Positions 1-9,410 of a DNA stretch of 64,000 bases are shown one piece after another (the stretch's first letter is position 1; each line of letters opens with the position of its first letter). The position numbers and the translations under genes are program-made. This DNA comes from an uncultured Pseudomonadales bacterium (GTDB taxonomy: Bacteria > Pseudomonadota > Gammaproteobacteria > Pseudomonadales > Azotimanducaceae), in assembly GCA_964611345.1 (NCBI GenBank), contig CAZSYU010000004.1, positions 17,620-81,619 of the forward strand, given 5' to 3'. The notes beneath the pieces are model-generated. The model ran no database searches. It was given only the letters and a program-made list of their open reading frames with translations, and had not been told where the DNA came from.

Positions 1-3
1 TTT

Positions 4-732
4 TTGTCCGCACCCCACACGAACCGACTCATCTCGGGCCGTGCCGCTAATACCCGGTTTGGCAGCGCAAGCGCTGATGCAGCGAAAAACATAGAGGCTG
101 TGACTTTGGCAGACGGGCGCGAGCTGTATGCGCAACAATTCATTTTCACCGCCGGCGCTGGTAACAGCGAGTTTTGCACTGCGCTCAAACAGGCTGGGCA
201 TGCCCACGCCCCAGCGACACAATTGCGCCCTCTGCATCAGGCCTTTGTCAAACACCCCGACCTAACAGAGTTATTCGCACACTGTCTGACAGGCATACGC
301 GGCGCCGAACCCCGCTTAACCATCACTACCCATCCACTTGAGAGTACTGAACCGAAAACCAGCAACACTCACGGTTGGTACATTGGCGGGCACCTGGCTA
401 CGGCGGGCGTAAAACGCACGACCGCCAACCAGATAGACGTCACCCGGCGCGAACTCACTGCCACCCTGCCCTGGATCGACTGGCAGGCAGCGGACATCAC
501 CACGCTGCGAATTGATCGTGCGGAACCACGCCAGCAACTGGGCGCGAAACCTGATGAAGCGTGCCTCGTGCGGTGCGGCAATGCACTGCTTTGTTGGCCC
601 ACCAAACTAAGTCTGGTTCCCGACCTGGGTGATCAGGTACTCAATGCACTCGATCCACCTGCGGGCGCAGCAGTACAGGATAATCTGCCGCCAAGTCATC
701 TCAATATCGCCCGTGCTCCTTGGCTTTTATAA
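4..732 (+). CDS. FAD-dependent oxidoreductase-like protein, C-terminal part (5' end outside window)
   Basis: The frame is open from the window edge to TAA 730-732, so the N-terminus is missing. The family call rests on weak by-eye similarity to the DAO/glycine-oxidase-type substrate domain. Confidence 0.4.
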   Translation: MSAPHTNRLISGRAANTRFGSASADAAKNIEAVTLADGRELYAQQFIFTAGAGNSEFCTALKQAGHAHAPATQLRPLHQAFVKHPDLTELFAHCLTGIRGAEPRLTITTHPLESTEPKTSNTHGWYIGGHLATAGVKRTTANQIDVTRRELTATLPWIDWQAADITTLRIDRAEPRQQLGAKPDEACLVRCGNALLCWPTKLSLVPDLGDQVLNALDPPAGAAVQDNLPPSHLNIARAPWLL

Positions 733-756
733 GAGCTTTAATAGGGGCTCTTATAA
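727..756. terminator. Perfect 10-bp inverted repeat (TTATAAGAGC / GCTCTTATAA) with a 10-nt loop, overlapping the stop codon of the first ORF
   Basis: Read directly: arms at 727-736 and 747-756. The stem is AT-rich and no T-tract follows, so a terminator role is uncertain. Confidence 0.25.
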
Positions 757-779
757 GGGCTTAGTTAGGGTATTCACGC

Positions 780-1577
780 ATGACATCAAACACACCAGCC
801 ACTGACATAACTGTGCCGCAGCGAGCACTAGGCGACACCGGCCTAAGCGTGTCACTGCTCGGCCTCGGACTCGTTAAAATTGGCCGCAACGCTGATGTGA
901 AGTACCCCAAAGCATTCGACCTGCCCAGTGACGAAACCGTCATTCAACTGCTAGAGGAAGCCCAGCACCTTGGCGTAACCCTGCTCGATACCGCACCGGC
1001 ATACGGCACTAGTGAAGAACGCCTGGGCCGTGCACTGCAACAACTGCCGGAATATGCAAAACGCTGCGTTATCAGCACCAAAGTTGGCGAAAGCTGGGGG
1101 ACAACTGGCTCCACCTTCGACTTCTCTGCCGATGCGATCAACCGCAGTGTAGAACGCTCGTTGCGGCGCCTGCAACGCGATCAACTCGACATAGTGCTGC
1201 TACATTCCAGTGGTGCAGATACAGAGATTCTTACTCAACACCAGCCGTTGGCTACACTGCAAGAACTGCAGCAACAAGGTTTGATCACTGCCTGTGGATT
1301 CTCTGGCAAATCCCTGGCAGGTGGTCGCCTGGCCTTGCAGGAAGGTGCCAAGGTGTTAATGGTGACCTACAACAGCGATGAAACGGAGCAACTGCCATTG
1401 TTAAGTGACGCAGCAAAACATGGCGCTGGTGTATTGATTAAAAAACCCCTGGCGAGCGGCTACGCACCCCCCGGTGGCCTGCTGGATATCGCGACTTTGT
1501 CGGGTGTGTCGGCGGTAGTGAGTGGCACCTGTAATCCTGACCACTTGCGTGCAAACGCGACACTGTTAGTTCACTGA
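780..1577 (+). CDS. Aldo/keto reductase family oxidoreductase
   Basis: 265-aa ORF with an ATG start. It has AKR-like motifs (LDTAPAYG with the catalytic Asp/Tyr region, ISTKVG, a LLHS segment). Confidence 0.75.
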   Translation: MTSNTPATDITVPQRALGDTGLSVSLLGLGLVKIGRNADVKYPKAFDLPSDETVIQLLEEAQHLGVTLLDTAPAYGTSEERLGRALQQLPEYAKRCVISTKVGESWGTTGSTFDFSADAINRSVERSLRRLQRDQLDIVLLHSSGADTEILTQHQPLATLQELQQQGLITACGFSGKSLAGGRLALQEGAKVLMVTYNSDETEQLPLLSDAAKHGAGVLIKKPLASGYAPPGGLLDIATLSGVSAVVSGTCNPDHLRANATLLVH

Positions 1578-1585
1578 AAAGGTCG

Positions 1586-3043
1586 TCAACCGCGCAGCTG
1601 ATCGACAATCTTTGTGGTTGAGACACCATCAACCAGCGACAACACCGCCACTTCACCACCGTAACCCTGAACAATCTCAGCACCGACCACGGTGTCGGTG
1701 GTGTAGTCACCACCTTTCACCAGCACTTCAGGCTGCAGCGCACGCAACAAATTCTCTGGCGTATCTTCGGCAAACGCGACTACCCAATCTACTGAACTTA
1801 GAGCGGCCAGCACAGCGGCACGACGTTCAAGTGAGTTTACCGGCCGGCCTTCGCCCTTCAGACGGGTTACCGAATCGTCTGCATTGATAGCGACAACCAG
1901 TCTGTCGCCAAGTGCACGCGCCTCTTCCAGGTAAGCGACATGACCCGCATGCAAAATATCAAAACAGCCATTGGTAAACACTATTGTTTGCTTATCCGCA
2001 CGAGCGCGCTGAGCAAACTCGAGCAGCTGCTCGGGCATGAGTAAACCACGATCAGCGCGACCCTCTTGCTGCGCGAGCGCTCGCAGTTCGGGTGCAGAAA
2101 CCGCCACAGTCCCGGTTCGGGTCACTGCAATGCTGGCCGCCAGGTTCGCAAGCCTGGCAGCGGGCCGCACCCCAAGCCCGCCCGCGATGGCAGCAGCCAG
2201 TGTCGCTGCCACCGTGTCACCAGCACCGGTCACATCGAATACATCCACCCGTCTTGCCGGAACCTGTAAGGGCACTGCCGCGCCATCGGCTACTACTATT
2301 CCCACCGATCCGCGTGTCACTACCAGGGCACCAATATCGTATTCGTTGCGCAACCGTTCGAGCTCTGCGGGCAGCTCGGCATCGCTCGGCCAGTGCTCGA
2401 GCCACCGCCGTAGCTCCTGCTCGTTGGGTTTAACGACGGCTGCACCAGCCCAGGCCGATAACGGCTTGTGTTTAGGATCCACAATAACCGGGAACTGCGC
2501 CTGGTCTGCCTGTTCGATCAGAGACTGCGGATCAACCAGGGTGCCTTTCTCGTAATCTTCGAGTACCAACGCATTCACTGCGCGATCTTCCTGCGCGGCG
2601 ATGTGGAGCACACTGGCCAAGCGGTAGGCGACATCATCTGCCACCATGCGAGGTACAGTGGTTTCGAAATCTGCACGCAATACCTGTTGCTGCTGGGCGA
2701 TCACCCGCACTTTAGTGATGGTCGCGAATTCCTGCGCGACGACGAACTCACAGTTCACACCCGCAGCGCTGAGTGTCTGGCGCAAACTTTCCGCCGCCGC
2801 GTCATCGCCAACAACACCTATCAGTGTGCAGGCGGCACCCAGAGCGGCGACGTTGAGGGCAACGTTGGCAGCGCCACCTGGCCGATCCTCGACGTGGCCA
2901 ATGTCCATCACCGGCACCGGTGCTTCCTGCGAGACACGCGTGGCATCACCATGCCAATAGCGATCCACCATGACATCGCCCACGACTACTACGTGAGCGT
3001 TGTTAAGATTAGGCAGACTGGGGAGCGCGCTGGTTGAGCTCAC
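1586..3043 (-). CDS. hldE: Bifunctional D-beta-D-heptose 7-phosphate kinase / D-beta-D-heptose 1-phosphate adenylyltransferase
   Basis: N-terminal ribokinase-like domain (VVVVGDVMVDRYWHG, DVTGAGDTV) plus C-terminal cytidylyltransferase domain (FTNGCFDILHAGHVAYL), collinear with E. coli HldE. Start placed at GTG 3043, preceded by AAGAGG. The track ORF extends to 3103. Confidence 0.9.
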   Translation of the reverse strand: MSSTSALPSLPNLNNAHVVVVGDVMVDRYWHGDATRVSQEAPVPVMDIGHVEDRPGGAANVALNVAALGAACTLIGVVGDDAAAESLRQTLSAAGVNCEFVVAQEFATITKVRVIAQQQQVLRADFETTVPRMVADDVAYRLASVLHIAAQEDRAVNALVLEDYEKGTLVDPQSLIEQADQAQFPVIVDPKHKPLSAWAGAAVVKPNEQELRRWLEHWPSDAELPAELERLRNEYDIGALVVTRGSVGIVVADGAAVPLQVPARRVDVFDVTGAGDTVAATLAAAIAGGLGVRPAARLANLAASIAVTRTGTVAVSAPELRALAQQEGRADRGLLMPEQLLEFAQRARADKQTIVFTNGCFDILHAGHVAYLEEARALGDRLVVAINADDSVTRLKGEGRPVNSLERRAAVLAALSSVDWVVAFAEDTPENLLRALQPEVLVKGGDYTTDTVVGAEIVQGYGGEVAVLSLVDGVSTTKIVDQLRG

Positions 3044-3223
3044 TGGACACCTCTTGTGCTGACAGGACGGACTAACGGCGCACAGTAGCAGCCCATCGCC
3101 CAAGTATCATCAGCCAGCGCCTAGGGTGGGTATGCGGGGTGTGGTATACGGTGTGTGGTGTTGCCGGCTGGTCCCCGCTAAGGTTCGTAACCTGAGATTA
3201 CCCCAACAGGAACGCCACTCCCT
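3044..3223. promoter_or_regulatory. Divergent intergenic region between hldE (-) and the lpxL-family gene (+)
   Basis: About 120-180 nt of non-coding spacer between divergently oriented LPS genes. Individual -35/-10 boxes were not assigned. Confidence 0.3.
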
Positions 3224-4171
3224 TTGAGTTCACGATCTCGTCATCAACCGCGACCGTTATGGCACCCCGCGCTATGGCCAGCCTGGGTTGCATTCGGAGG
3301 CGCCTGGCTAATCGTGCGCCTGCCCACCCACACCCTGACGGCAATAGGTGCGCGCCTTGGGCGTTGGTTTGCAAAACTGGCGCCCGCGAGACGCCACATC
3401 GCTGCCACTAACCTGCAGTTGTGCTTTCCGCACCTCAACGCCAGCGAGCAGCGCGTCCTGCAAACCAGGGTATTCGAGTCTATGGGTATCGCGTTAGTGG
3501 AAACCATGTGGACCTGGCTGGGCAACAAGCACAAAGACCCGGCTCATCTTTCGCGTTGCGACTTTACCGGGCTGGAAATTCTTGAAGCCGCGCATCGCGA
3601 AGGCAGAGGGGTGCTACTGGTGGGTGCTCACTTGATGGCACTGGATGCCATTACTCCGGCATTGTCCGCCGCTATGCAAAAATCTGTCGTTGGCCAAATC
3701 GATGTGATTTATCGCTACAACAAGAATCCACTCTTCGAGCGCACCATGGTGCGTGGCCGTGGCAGGCTGTTTCCACGAGTTATCGAACGCGAGGACGCAC
3801 GCGGCATACTGCAGAGCTTGCAGGACGGCCGGGTGCTTTGGTACGCCGCCGACCAGGACTACGGCGCCAAACACTCAGTGTTTGCCGAGTTCTTTGGAGT
3901 TCCGGCAGCAACAATCACCGGTACCGCGAGGCTGGCACGGTTTCGCAATTCTCCCGTTGTGGTAATGAGTCAGTATCGGGACGTAGCCAACCATCGCTGG
4001 TCAGTGCAATTCGAACCCGGGCCCGCAAACTTCCCAACGGGCGATCAAATCGCTGACGCAACGGCGATCAATGAACTTATCGAAACCGCCGTGCGACGGG
4101 CACCCGAACAGTACTTATGGCTCCATCGTCGCTTCAAGACGCGACCAGAGGGTGAAGCCAGGATCTATTAG
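3224..4171 (+). CDS. lpxL: Lipid A biosynthesis (Kdo)2-lipid IVA lauroyl/myristoyl acyltransferase family protein
   Basis: N-terminal hydrophobic anchor (LWHPALWPAWVAFGGAWLIVRLP) aligns with E. coli LpxL [23 protein letters not shown]. It also has an HLMALD-type acyltransferase motif and the C-terminal PEQYLWLHRRFK signature. TTG start. Confidence 0.85.
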   Translation: MSSRSRHQPRPLWHPALWPAWVAFGGAWLIVRLPTHTLTAIGARLGRWFAKLAPARRHIAATNLQLCFPHLNASEQRVLQTRVFESMGIALVETMWTWLGNKHKDPAHLSRCDFTGLEILEAAHREGRGVLLVGAHLMALDAITPALSAAMQKSVVGQIDVIYRYNKNPLFERTMVRGRGRLFPRVIEREDARGILQSLQDGRVLWYAADQDYGAKHSVFAEFFGVPAATITGTARLARFRNSPVVVMSQYRDVANHRWSVQFEPGPANFPTGDQIADATAINELIETAVRRAPEQYLWLHRRFKTRPEGEARIY

Positions 4172-4213
4172 CCAGGTTCTATTTACCAGGTTCTATTAGC
4201 CAGGTTCTAATAG
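4158..4213. repeat. Four tandem copies of a 14-bp unit (CCAGGTTCTATTAG and variants)
   Basis: Copies at 4158-4171, 4172-4185, 4186-4199 and 4200-4213. The first copy encodes the last codons and the TAG stop of the lpxL-family gene. The array fills the convergent gap to the next gene. Confidence 0.9.
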
Positions 4214-4224
4214 ACTGCAGCAGA

Positions 4225-5244
4225 CTACGCTGTAGCAATATCTTGCAGACGCTTCGCAGTGGCAGCAATGGAAAATTCTTGCTCAGCACGCGCTCTACCT
4301 ACCGCGCGATCTCGGACAGCGGCGTGCAGCGCCGCGGCTACGCTTGCCGCTTCATCGCGGTCGAAATAGGCAGCACTATCCCCCAATACCCAAGCCGGTC
4401 CAGGTGCGCGGCTGGCCACGACAGGAACCTCCGCCAGCATCGCCTCCAGTGCGACCATGCCAAAGGCCTCGGCAGCGGAAGCCGGGAACAACAGGATATC
4501 GAATGCCCGCAAGTACCGGGTGGCATCGGCCACAAAGCCGGTAAAGGTCGCAGCCAAGCCCAGTTCTCTTGCTGTGCGCTCCAACCGCGGTCGCAATGGT
4601 CCATCACCCACCACCAGCAGCCTGACAGGCTTGTCATAACTGCGCTGAAACTCCCCAAAACCTTCGAGGGCGAGCAATGTATTTTTCTTGCGATGCAGCC
4701 GACCAAGCACACCAACCACCAGCTCATCGCCAGCAACACCCAGATGCTGTCGCGCTACCTCGCGTGATACCCGATGCCGATCCTGTTCTGCAACCTCTAG
4801 TGCGTTTGGCAGCACCAAACTTGCGCCAATTTCTTCCGTAACGGCCGGCGATACACCTGCCCGTAGCAATTTGCGCTCTAGAAGTGCCATACGCAATCGC
4901 CGCCATCTGGAATCAAATAAGCCGAACTCATGGGCGAGCAACAACTCGCGGGGAGCTCGCAACCCGGCGCGACGCGCAACGCGTAGACTTCGATAGCGAT
5001 GCATGATGCAGAGTTTTTGTGGCGCCAGATTACGCAGATGGTGCAATCCAGCGGGATCTTCCGGGCCATCCATGTAGTAACGATCATCTTCAACCGGTGA
5101 AAACTGCGCCCGTCGATCGGGTGAATGCAAGAACACCGTGTGGCTGGTCCAGCCCATTGACCGGGCGGCGGCCGAGTGCGCGCGACAAATTTCTCGAAAC
5201 GGAGCCTTGTCGTAGGGACAGATTTGCAGCAAATCTACGTCCAT
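4225..5244 (-). CDS. Glycosyltransferase family 1 (GT-B fold) LPS core glycosyltransferase
   Basis: C-terminal GT4-type motifs (VGVLGRLHRKKN, FPASAAEAFGMVALEAMLAEVPVV, i.e. EX7E). Its start overlaps the stop of the upstream carbamoyltransferase by 1 nt (TGATG). Confidence 0.8.
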   Translation of the reverse strand: MDVDLLQICPYDKAPFREICRAHSAAARSMGWTSHTVFLHSPDRRAQFSPVEDDRYYMDGPEDPAGLHHLRNLAPQKLCIMHRYRSLRVARRAGLRAPRELLLAHEFGLFDSRWRRLRMALLERKLLRAGVSPAVTEEIGASLVLPNALEVAEQDRHRVSREVARQHLGVAGDELVVGVLGRLHRKKNTLLALEGFGEFQRSYDKPVRLLVVGDGPLRPRLERTARELGLAATFTGFVADATRYLRAFDILLFPASAAEAFGMVALEAMLAEVPVVASRAPGPAWVLGDSAAYFDRDEAASVAAALHAAVRDRAVGRARAEQEFSIAATAKRLQDIATA

Positions 5245-6980
5245 CAGGCGCTCTCACCCGGCTTAGTGACCAGATAGTCTTCGAGCACCAGGTATTCCAG
5301 ATCAGAGCCGTAAAACATATTCAGTGCATCATCAGGAGTACAAACCACTGGTTCGCCCCGGCGATTCAGCGAGGTGTTTAACACCACGCCATTACCCGTG
5401 CGTACTTCCATGGCCTTAAGCAATGCATGATAACGCGGGTGGGCAGCCTCGGTCACGATCTGCACGCGGGCCGTGCCATCCTCGTGAACCACTTCGGGAA
5501 TTCGGGATTTCCAGGCGTCGTTAACGTCAAAGGTAATTGTCATAAAGGGCGCAGGATGATCGGTTTGGATAATGTCTGCAGCCACTTCGTCGAGCACGCT
5601 GGGACAAAACGGACGCCAGCGCTCGCGAAACTTGATTTGCTCGTTGATGCGATCGGCGATGCCGGGCGCATTGGGACACCCAAGAATGCTGCGCCCACCC
5701 AACGCGCGCGGGCCAAACTCCATGCGGCCCTGAAACCAGGCCACCGGATTACCCGCGGCGAGTATGTCCGCCGTGTCGTTCACGACATCCGTGAGCTTGA
5801 CCCAGGTCGGCTTTTCGCGCCGCGCCTCAAGCGCCCGCAGACACTCATCCAGGGCGTAGGCAGGCCCAAGATAGACATGGTCCATTCGTGAAAGTGTATC
5901 GCCACGCTCCGCCGCAACCCAGGTGGCGGCCCCCAGCGAGGTACCCGAGTCTCCCGAGGCTGGCTGGACGAACAACTCCTGGATATCGTCGCGAGCCACA
6001 ATCCGCTGGTTCAGCTTCACGTTCAGCGCTCCACCACCGGCAAAGGCAAGTTTGCCGGTCGCTTTCAGGGTGTCTCCCAGATACCGCTCAAGCAACTTAA
6101 GGCATACCTCTTCAAAGATCTGCTGCATGGATGCCGCATAGTCAATGTAAGGCTCATCGGCAATGTCACCATGCCGACGCGGACCCAGCCAGTCGATCAG
6201 CTTGTCAGAAAAATAGAAACTCTTGTCGTTGTCTTTGTGCCGGCGCAAGCCAACGGTGTTGACCAAGGTCGTGTCCACTTCAAAGCCATCTGGCGTGATC
6301 CGAATCAGTCGTGACAGGTCGTGCTTGGTCGGGTCACCATAGGGTGCCATGCCCATGACCTTGTACTCGCCGTCGAGCATTTCAAAACCAAGAAACTCCG
6401 TGATCGCGCCATAGACCCCACTCACCGAATCAGGGTCGTAAAACTCTTTCAGGCGATGAATCTTGCCACTCTCGCCATAACCAAAAAACGTTGTGGCGTA
6501 CTCACCCTTGCCGTCAACGGTCATAATTGCCGTCTTGTCCTTAAAACCGCTGAGATGGTAGGCGGAGGAGGCATGTGCCAAATGATGTTCAACGGGCACA
6601 AACTCAGTGGTATTCCAGTTGATACCAAGTGATTCACCAAGCTCAAGCACTCGCTTGCGGTTGCGCCGAAAGCGCCGGTTACCGTTAAAGAGTGCGTCGA
6701 GTGCCCGATCAGGGGCATACCAGTAACGCCTGGCATAGTGCCAGCGGGCCGGAGAAGACAGTGGAATGGCTGCATAAGGGAATGCAACACAGTGGATTTG
6801 GTCGGCAGCAACACCGCCCTCGCGCAGGCAATAGCGGGCGGCTTCGAGCGGCAGCTTGTTCTTCGCGTGCTTGTCGCGAATGAAGCGTTCTTCTTCGGCA
6901 GCAGCAACCACCTCACCATCGATCAGCAGCGCCGCCGACGAGTCGTGGTTTAAGGCACCAGATAAACCCAGAATGATCAA
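5244..6980 (-). CDS. Carbamoyltransferase (NodU/CmcH family)
   Basis: N-terminus (M)IILGLSGALNHDSSAALLIDGEVVAAAEEERFIRDKH is typical of the family, as is the ~578-aa length. Its position matches the carbamoyltransferase of the Pseudomonas core-OS locus. TTG start. Confidence 0.9.
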   Translation of the reverse strand: MIILGLSGALNHDSSAALLIDGEVVAAAEEERFIRDKHAKNKLPLEAARYCLREGGVAADQIHCVAFPYAAIPLSSPARWHYARRYWYAPDRALDALFNGNRRFRRNRKRVLELGESLGINWNTTEFVPVEHHLAHASSAYHLSGFKDKTAIMTVDGKGEYATTFFGYGESGKIHRLKEFYDPDSVSGVYGAITEFLGFEMLDGEYKVMGMAPYGDPTKHDLSRLIRITPDGFEVDTTLVNTVGLRRHKDNDKSFYFSDKLIDWLGPRRHGDIADEPYIDYAASMQQIFEEVCLKLLERYLGDTLKATGKLAFAGGGALNVKLNQRIVARDDIQELFVQPASGDSGTSLGAATWVAAERGDTLSRMDHVYLGPAYALDECLRALEARREKPTWVKLTDVVNDTADILAAGNPVAWFQGRMEFGPRALGGRSILGCPNAPGIADRINEQIKFRERWRPFCPSVLDEVAADIIQTDHPAPFMTITFDVNDAWKSRIPEVVHEDGTARVQIVTEAAHPRYHALLKAMEVRTGNGVVLNTSLNRRGEPVVCTPDDALNMFYGSDLEYLVLEDYLVTKPGESA

Positions 6981-7021
6981 CGCGGCCTCAACTCAGAGCA
7001 TAGTACTTACAACGGCGCGTA

Positions 7022-8587
7022 CTATAGCCCAAGCGTTCCACGAAAACGCCGCTGCAATTCGGGCGTTGCAGCAAAATTACGAAGTAGCCGCCGACGATCG
7101 CGTTTCTGGCCGGACAATCGGGCGCTGACCCGTGCTGGCATGCGCATGGCGTCAAGATCAATCACGGCCAACTGTAGGCTCGTCGCATCCCAGAGAAAAT
7201 TACTGGCCTTCGTATCATTATGCACGAGACCTTCGGCACCCAGTCGTTCGAGCACGGCGACAAGCCGCTGACACAAATCCTCGTTACCATCGAGGAGCGT
7301 GGCATCCAGCTCAACTCCCGCATGTGCCTCCATAACCAGATAGGTCGGACCGCCAAGTCGAGTTCGCAATAAAGCCACAGCATGGGCCGTGGGAATGCCA
7401 ACAAAGCGCAAGGTGTGGGCATACACCCAGCTATTGAGCCCGCGATTTGCCCGCAGTAATCGGCGTAGCCGATGCCACACAGACTTATTGTTGTAACGCT
7501 TGATCACCAACTCTCGGCCCAGCCAGCTGGCGCGAATTACTGTTGCCGTGTTACCCGCTTTGAGGAGCTCGACATCACGAGGAGCATCGGGCCCGGCCTC
7601 GCCTACAAACAAATCTGGCAATCCATCCAGCCAGCTCAACAGCTCGCGCACAGAATCTGGCTGCGGCGTTTGTGGCGTATCTCCAAGCCAGCCACGATCA
7701 ACCAACGCTTGTCCCAATAATGTACGCCGCAGGGCAAAGGCCGAACAGGTGCGCCGGGTTTTAGCCTGAAAATGCACAACCCTCGCGCGTCGAGCCTTGG
7801 CATAGCTACTTTGCAACGCACTGCGCCCAAGGCGCTCGACCGGCCAGTTACAGGCACGGCAGTAGTGGGCCCAATGAGTCTGCAGCTCAGCACTGCTCAT
7901 GGTTTGCCGGGCCTGCGCCGCAAGCTGGGCAAAGGCGTGCAGGCCGGTTGATTCGGCCACAGGACCGTTGCGCAATTGGGTAACCGCATCACCATCGATA
8001 AGCCACAACCGTGGTGCAGCGCCTTGATCCGACAAACACAGGAGATTACTGAAGTGCAGATCGTTGTGGACAACACCGGCAAGGTTGAGCTGCGCGAGCA
8101 GTTTCCACAGCGCGACCCAAAGCTCTGGTTGATGCTCGAGCAGTTCATCACTGAGCTCTTGAGCATCAGCGAGATAGGTGAACACAAGGACACACGCGCC
8201 GTCAGTGTCTGCCATTGCAGGCACTCGCCAACTGGCAAGCAATTCAGGCGATGGCACCGCAGCTCTTTGCATAGCGGTAAAACCCTGACGCTCGCGTTCG
8301 GCATAGCGCAGCGCATCAGCACCAAAAAACCATTTTACAACCACCTGTTGATCGTCCGGCCCCAACCTTCCCACACAGACGAGCCGACGCCCGGGTAATA
8401 CCCGCAATCGTTCGGTCAGTCGCAACACTTGATTACCCTGCGCACCAGACAGATTTAACATGAGGGGATCTGTGCCGGCCTCAAGCGACCAGGTCAGCAC
8501 ATCAGCCAACGAGACTTCTACTTCGGTCATAGGCGGTGACGCGGACCCGGCGTCTGCTCCCGCTGCGCGTGGAGAGAGATCAGACAT
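7022..8587 (-). CDS. Two-domain lipopolysaccharide kinase (Kdo/WaaP family) protein
   Basis: Two kinase-like modules. The N-terminal one has VVHNDLHFSNLL ... WLIDGD; the C-terminal one has LVHNDTKASNFLW ... AVIDLD. ATG 8587 overlaps the waaP stop by 8 nt. The track ORF starts at 8608. Confidence 0.7.
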   Translation of the reverse strand: MSDLSPRAAGADAGSASPPMTEVEVSLADVLTWSLEAGTDPLMLNLSGAQGNQVLRLTERLRVLPGRRLVCVGRLGPDDQQVVVKWFFGADALRYAERERQGFTAMQRAAVPSPELLASWRVPAMADTDGACVLVFTYLADAQELSDELLEHQPELWVALWKLLAQLNLAGVVHNDLHFSNLLCLSDQGAAPRLWLIDGDAVTQLRNGPVAESTGLHAFAQLAAQARQTMSSAELQTHWAHYCRACNWPVERLGRSALQSSYAKARRARVVHFQAKTRRTCSAFALRRTLLGQALVDRGWLGDTPQTPQPDSVRELLSWLDGLPDLFVGEAGPDAPRDVELLKAGNTATVIRASWLGRELVIKRYNNKSVWHRLRRLLRANRGLNSWVYAHTLRFVGIPTAHAVALLRTRLGGPTYLVMEAHAGVELDATLLDGNEDLCQRLVAVLERLGAEGLVHNDTKASNFLWDATSLQLAVIDLDAMRMPARVSARLSGQKRDRRRLLRNFAATPELQRRFRGTLGL

Positions 8588-9410
8588 CAAACGGATCCGG
8601 TAAAACATGCAGACGCTTCCGCCGAGCCTCTACGTGCAGGCGGGAAGCTCGACTGCGCACCGCCGACCAAAAGGCCAGCCGTTTAGGTTCACCAAGCTCG
8701 GCGCGTAGTGACCGCCCTGAATAGCGCCGAATGAATCGATACGCATCACGTTGCGTCGGTTTCGCATCCGCAGCAGAAAACCACAGCGCACCCAGGTCCT
8801 TTATCAGCCACCGGCGTGGCACAGAGAGACGAACCTGTGCTCGATGTAAGTCAATAAGAGTCAACTCCGGATCACTCGCCAAAGTGTCCGGCCGGAGCAA
8901 AAAATGGCAGATATAGAGATCCCGATGATTGACGCCGGCCGAGTGCAGAGCAGCCACAGTATCTGCAACCGCCTGAACCAGTCCCCAGCGTTGCCCCGGG
9001 GTAGGCGGTACTTGCAACCATTCTGCAGCCAGCGCTTCCAGCGAGATGTTGGGCTCGATAGCCTCCGACAGCAAAAAGGACTCCCGTTGGGCAGGGTTAT
9101 CGCCGGCCTCTGCGTACGCCACGGGTTCTGGTACCGATACGCCCTCCGCCAGCAACACGCGAGCCGCTCGAAATTCATCACCGGCCCCAAGCACCGGCCA
9201 GCGGAGCAGCACCAGGTTCTTGAGAATTTCAGCCCAACCCACGCCATGATGGCGTTTCAAAAAGAAGGGCTTACCTAACACCTTAACGCGCAGGGTGCGC
9301 CTGGCAGCGACCGATCGATAAACTCGTCCCTGCAGACGATCCACTTGCAGAAACGGATCAAGATCACCCCAATGAGCCGCAATATCATCACGCAAATAGA
9401 GCTTACTCAC
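8580..9410 (-). CDS. waaP: Lipopolysaccharide core heptose(I) kinase
   Basis: WaaP/RfaP-like sequence (FFLKRHHGVGWAEILKNL, GVNHRDLYICHFLL, LIDLHRAQ). The GTG start overlaps the waaG stop (GTGA). Confidence 0.85.
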   Translation of the reverse strand: MSKLYLRDDIAAHWGDLDPFLQVDRLQGRVYRSVAARRTLRVKVLGKPFFLKRHHGVGWAEILKNLVLLRWPVLGAGDEFRAARVLLAEGVSVPEPVAYAEAGDNPAQRESFLLSEAIEPNISLEALAAEWLQVPPTPGQRWGLVQAVADTVAALHSAGVNHRDLYICHFLLRPDTLASDPELTLIDLHRAQVRLSVPRRWLIKDLGALWFSAADAKPTQRDAYRFIRRYSGRSLRAELGEPKRLAFWSAVRSRASRLHVEARRKRLHVLPDPFDV

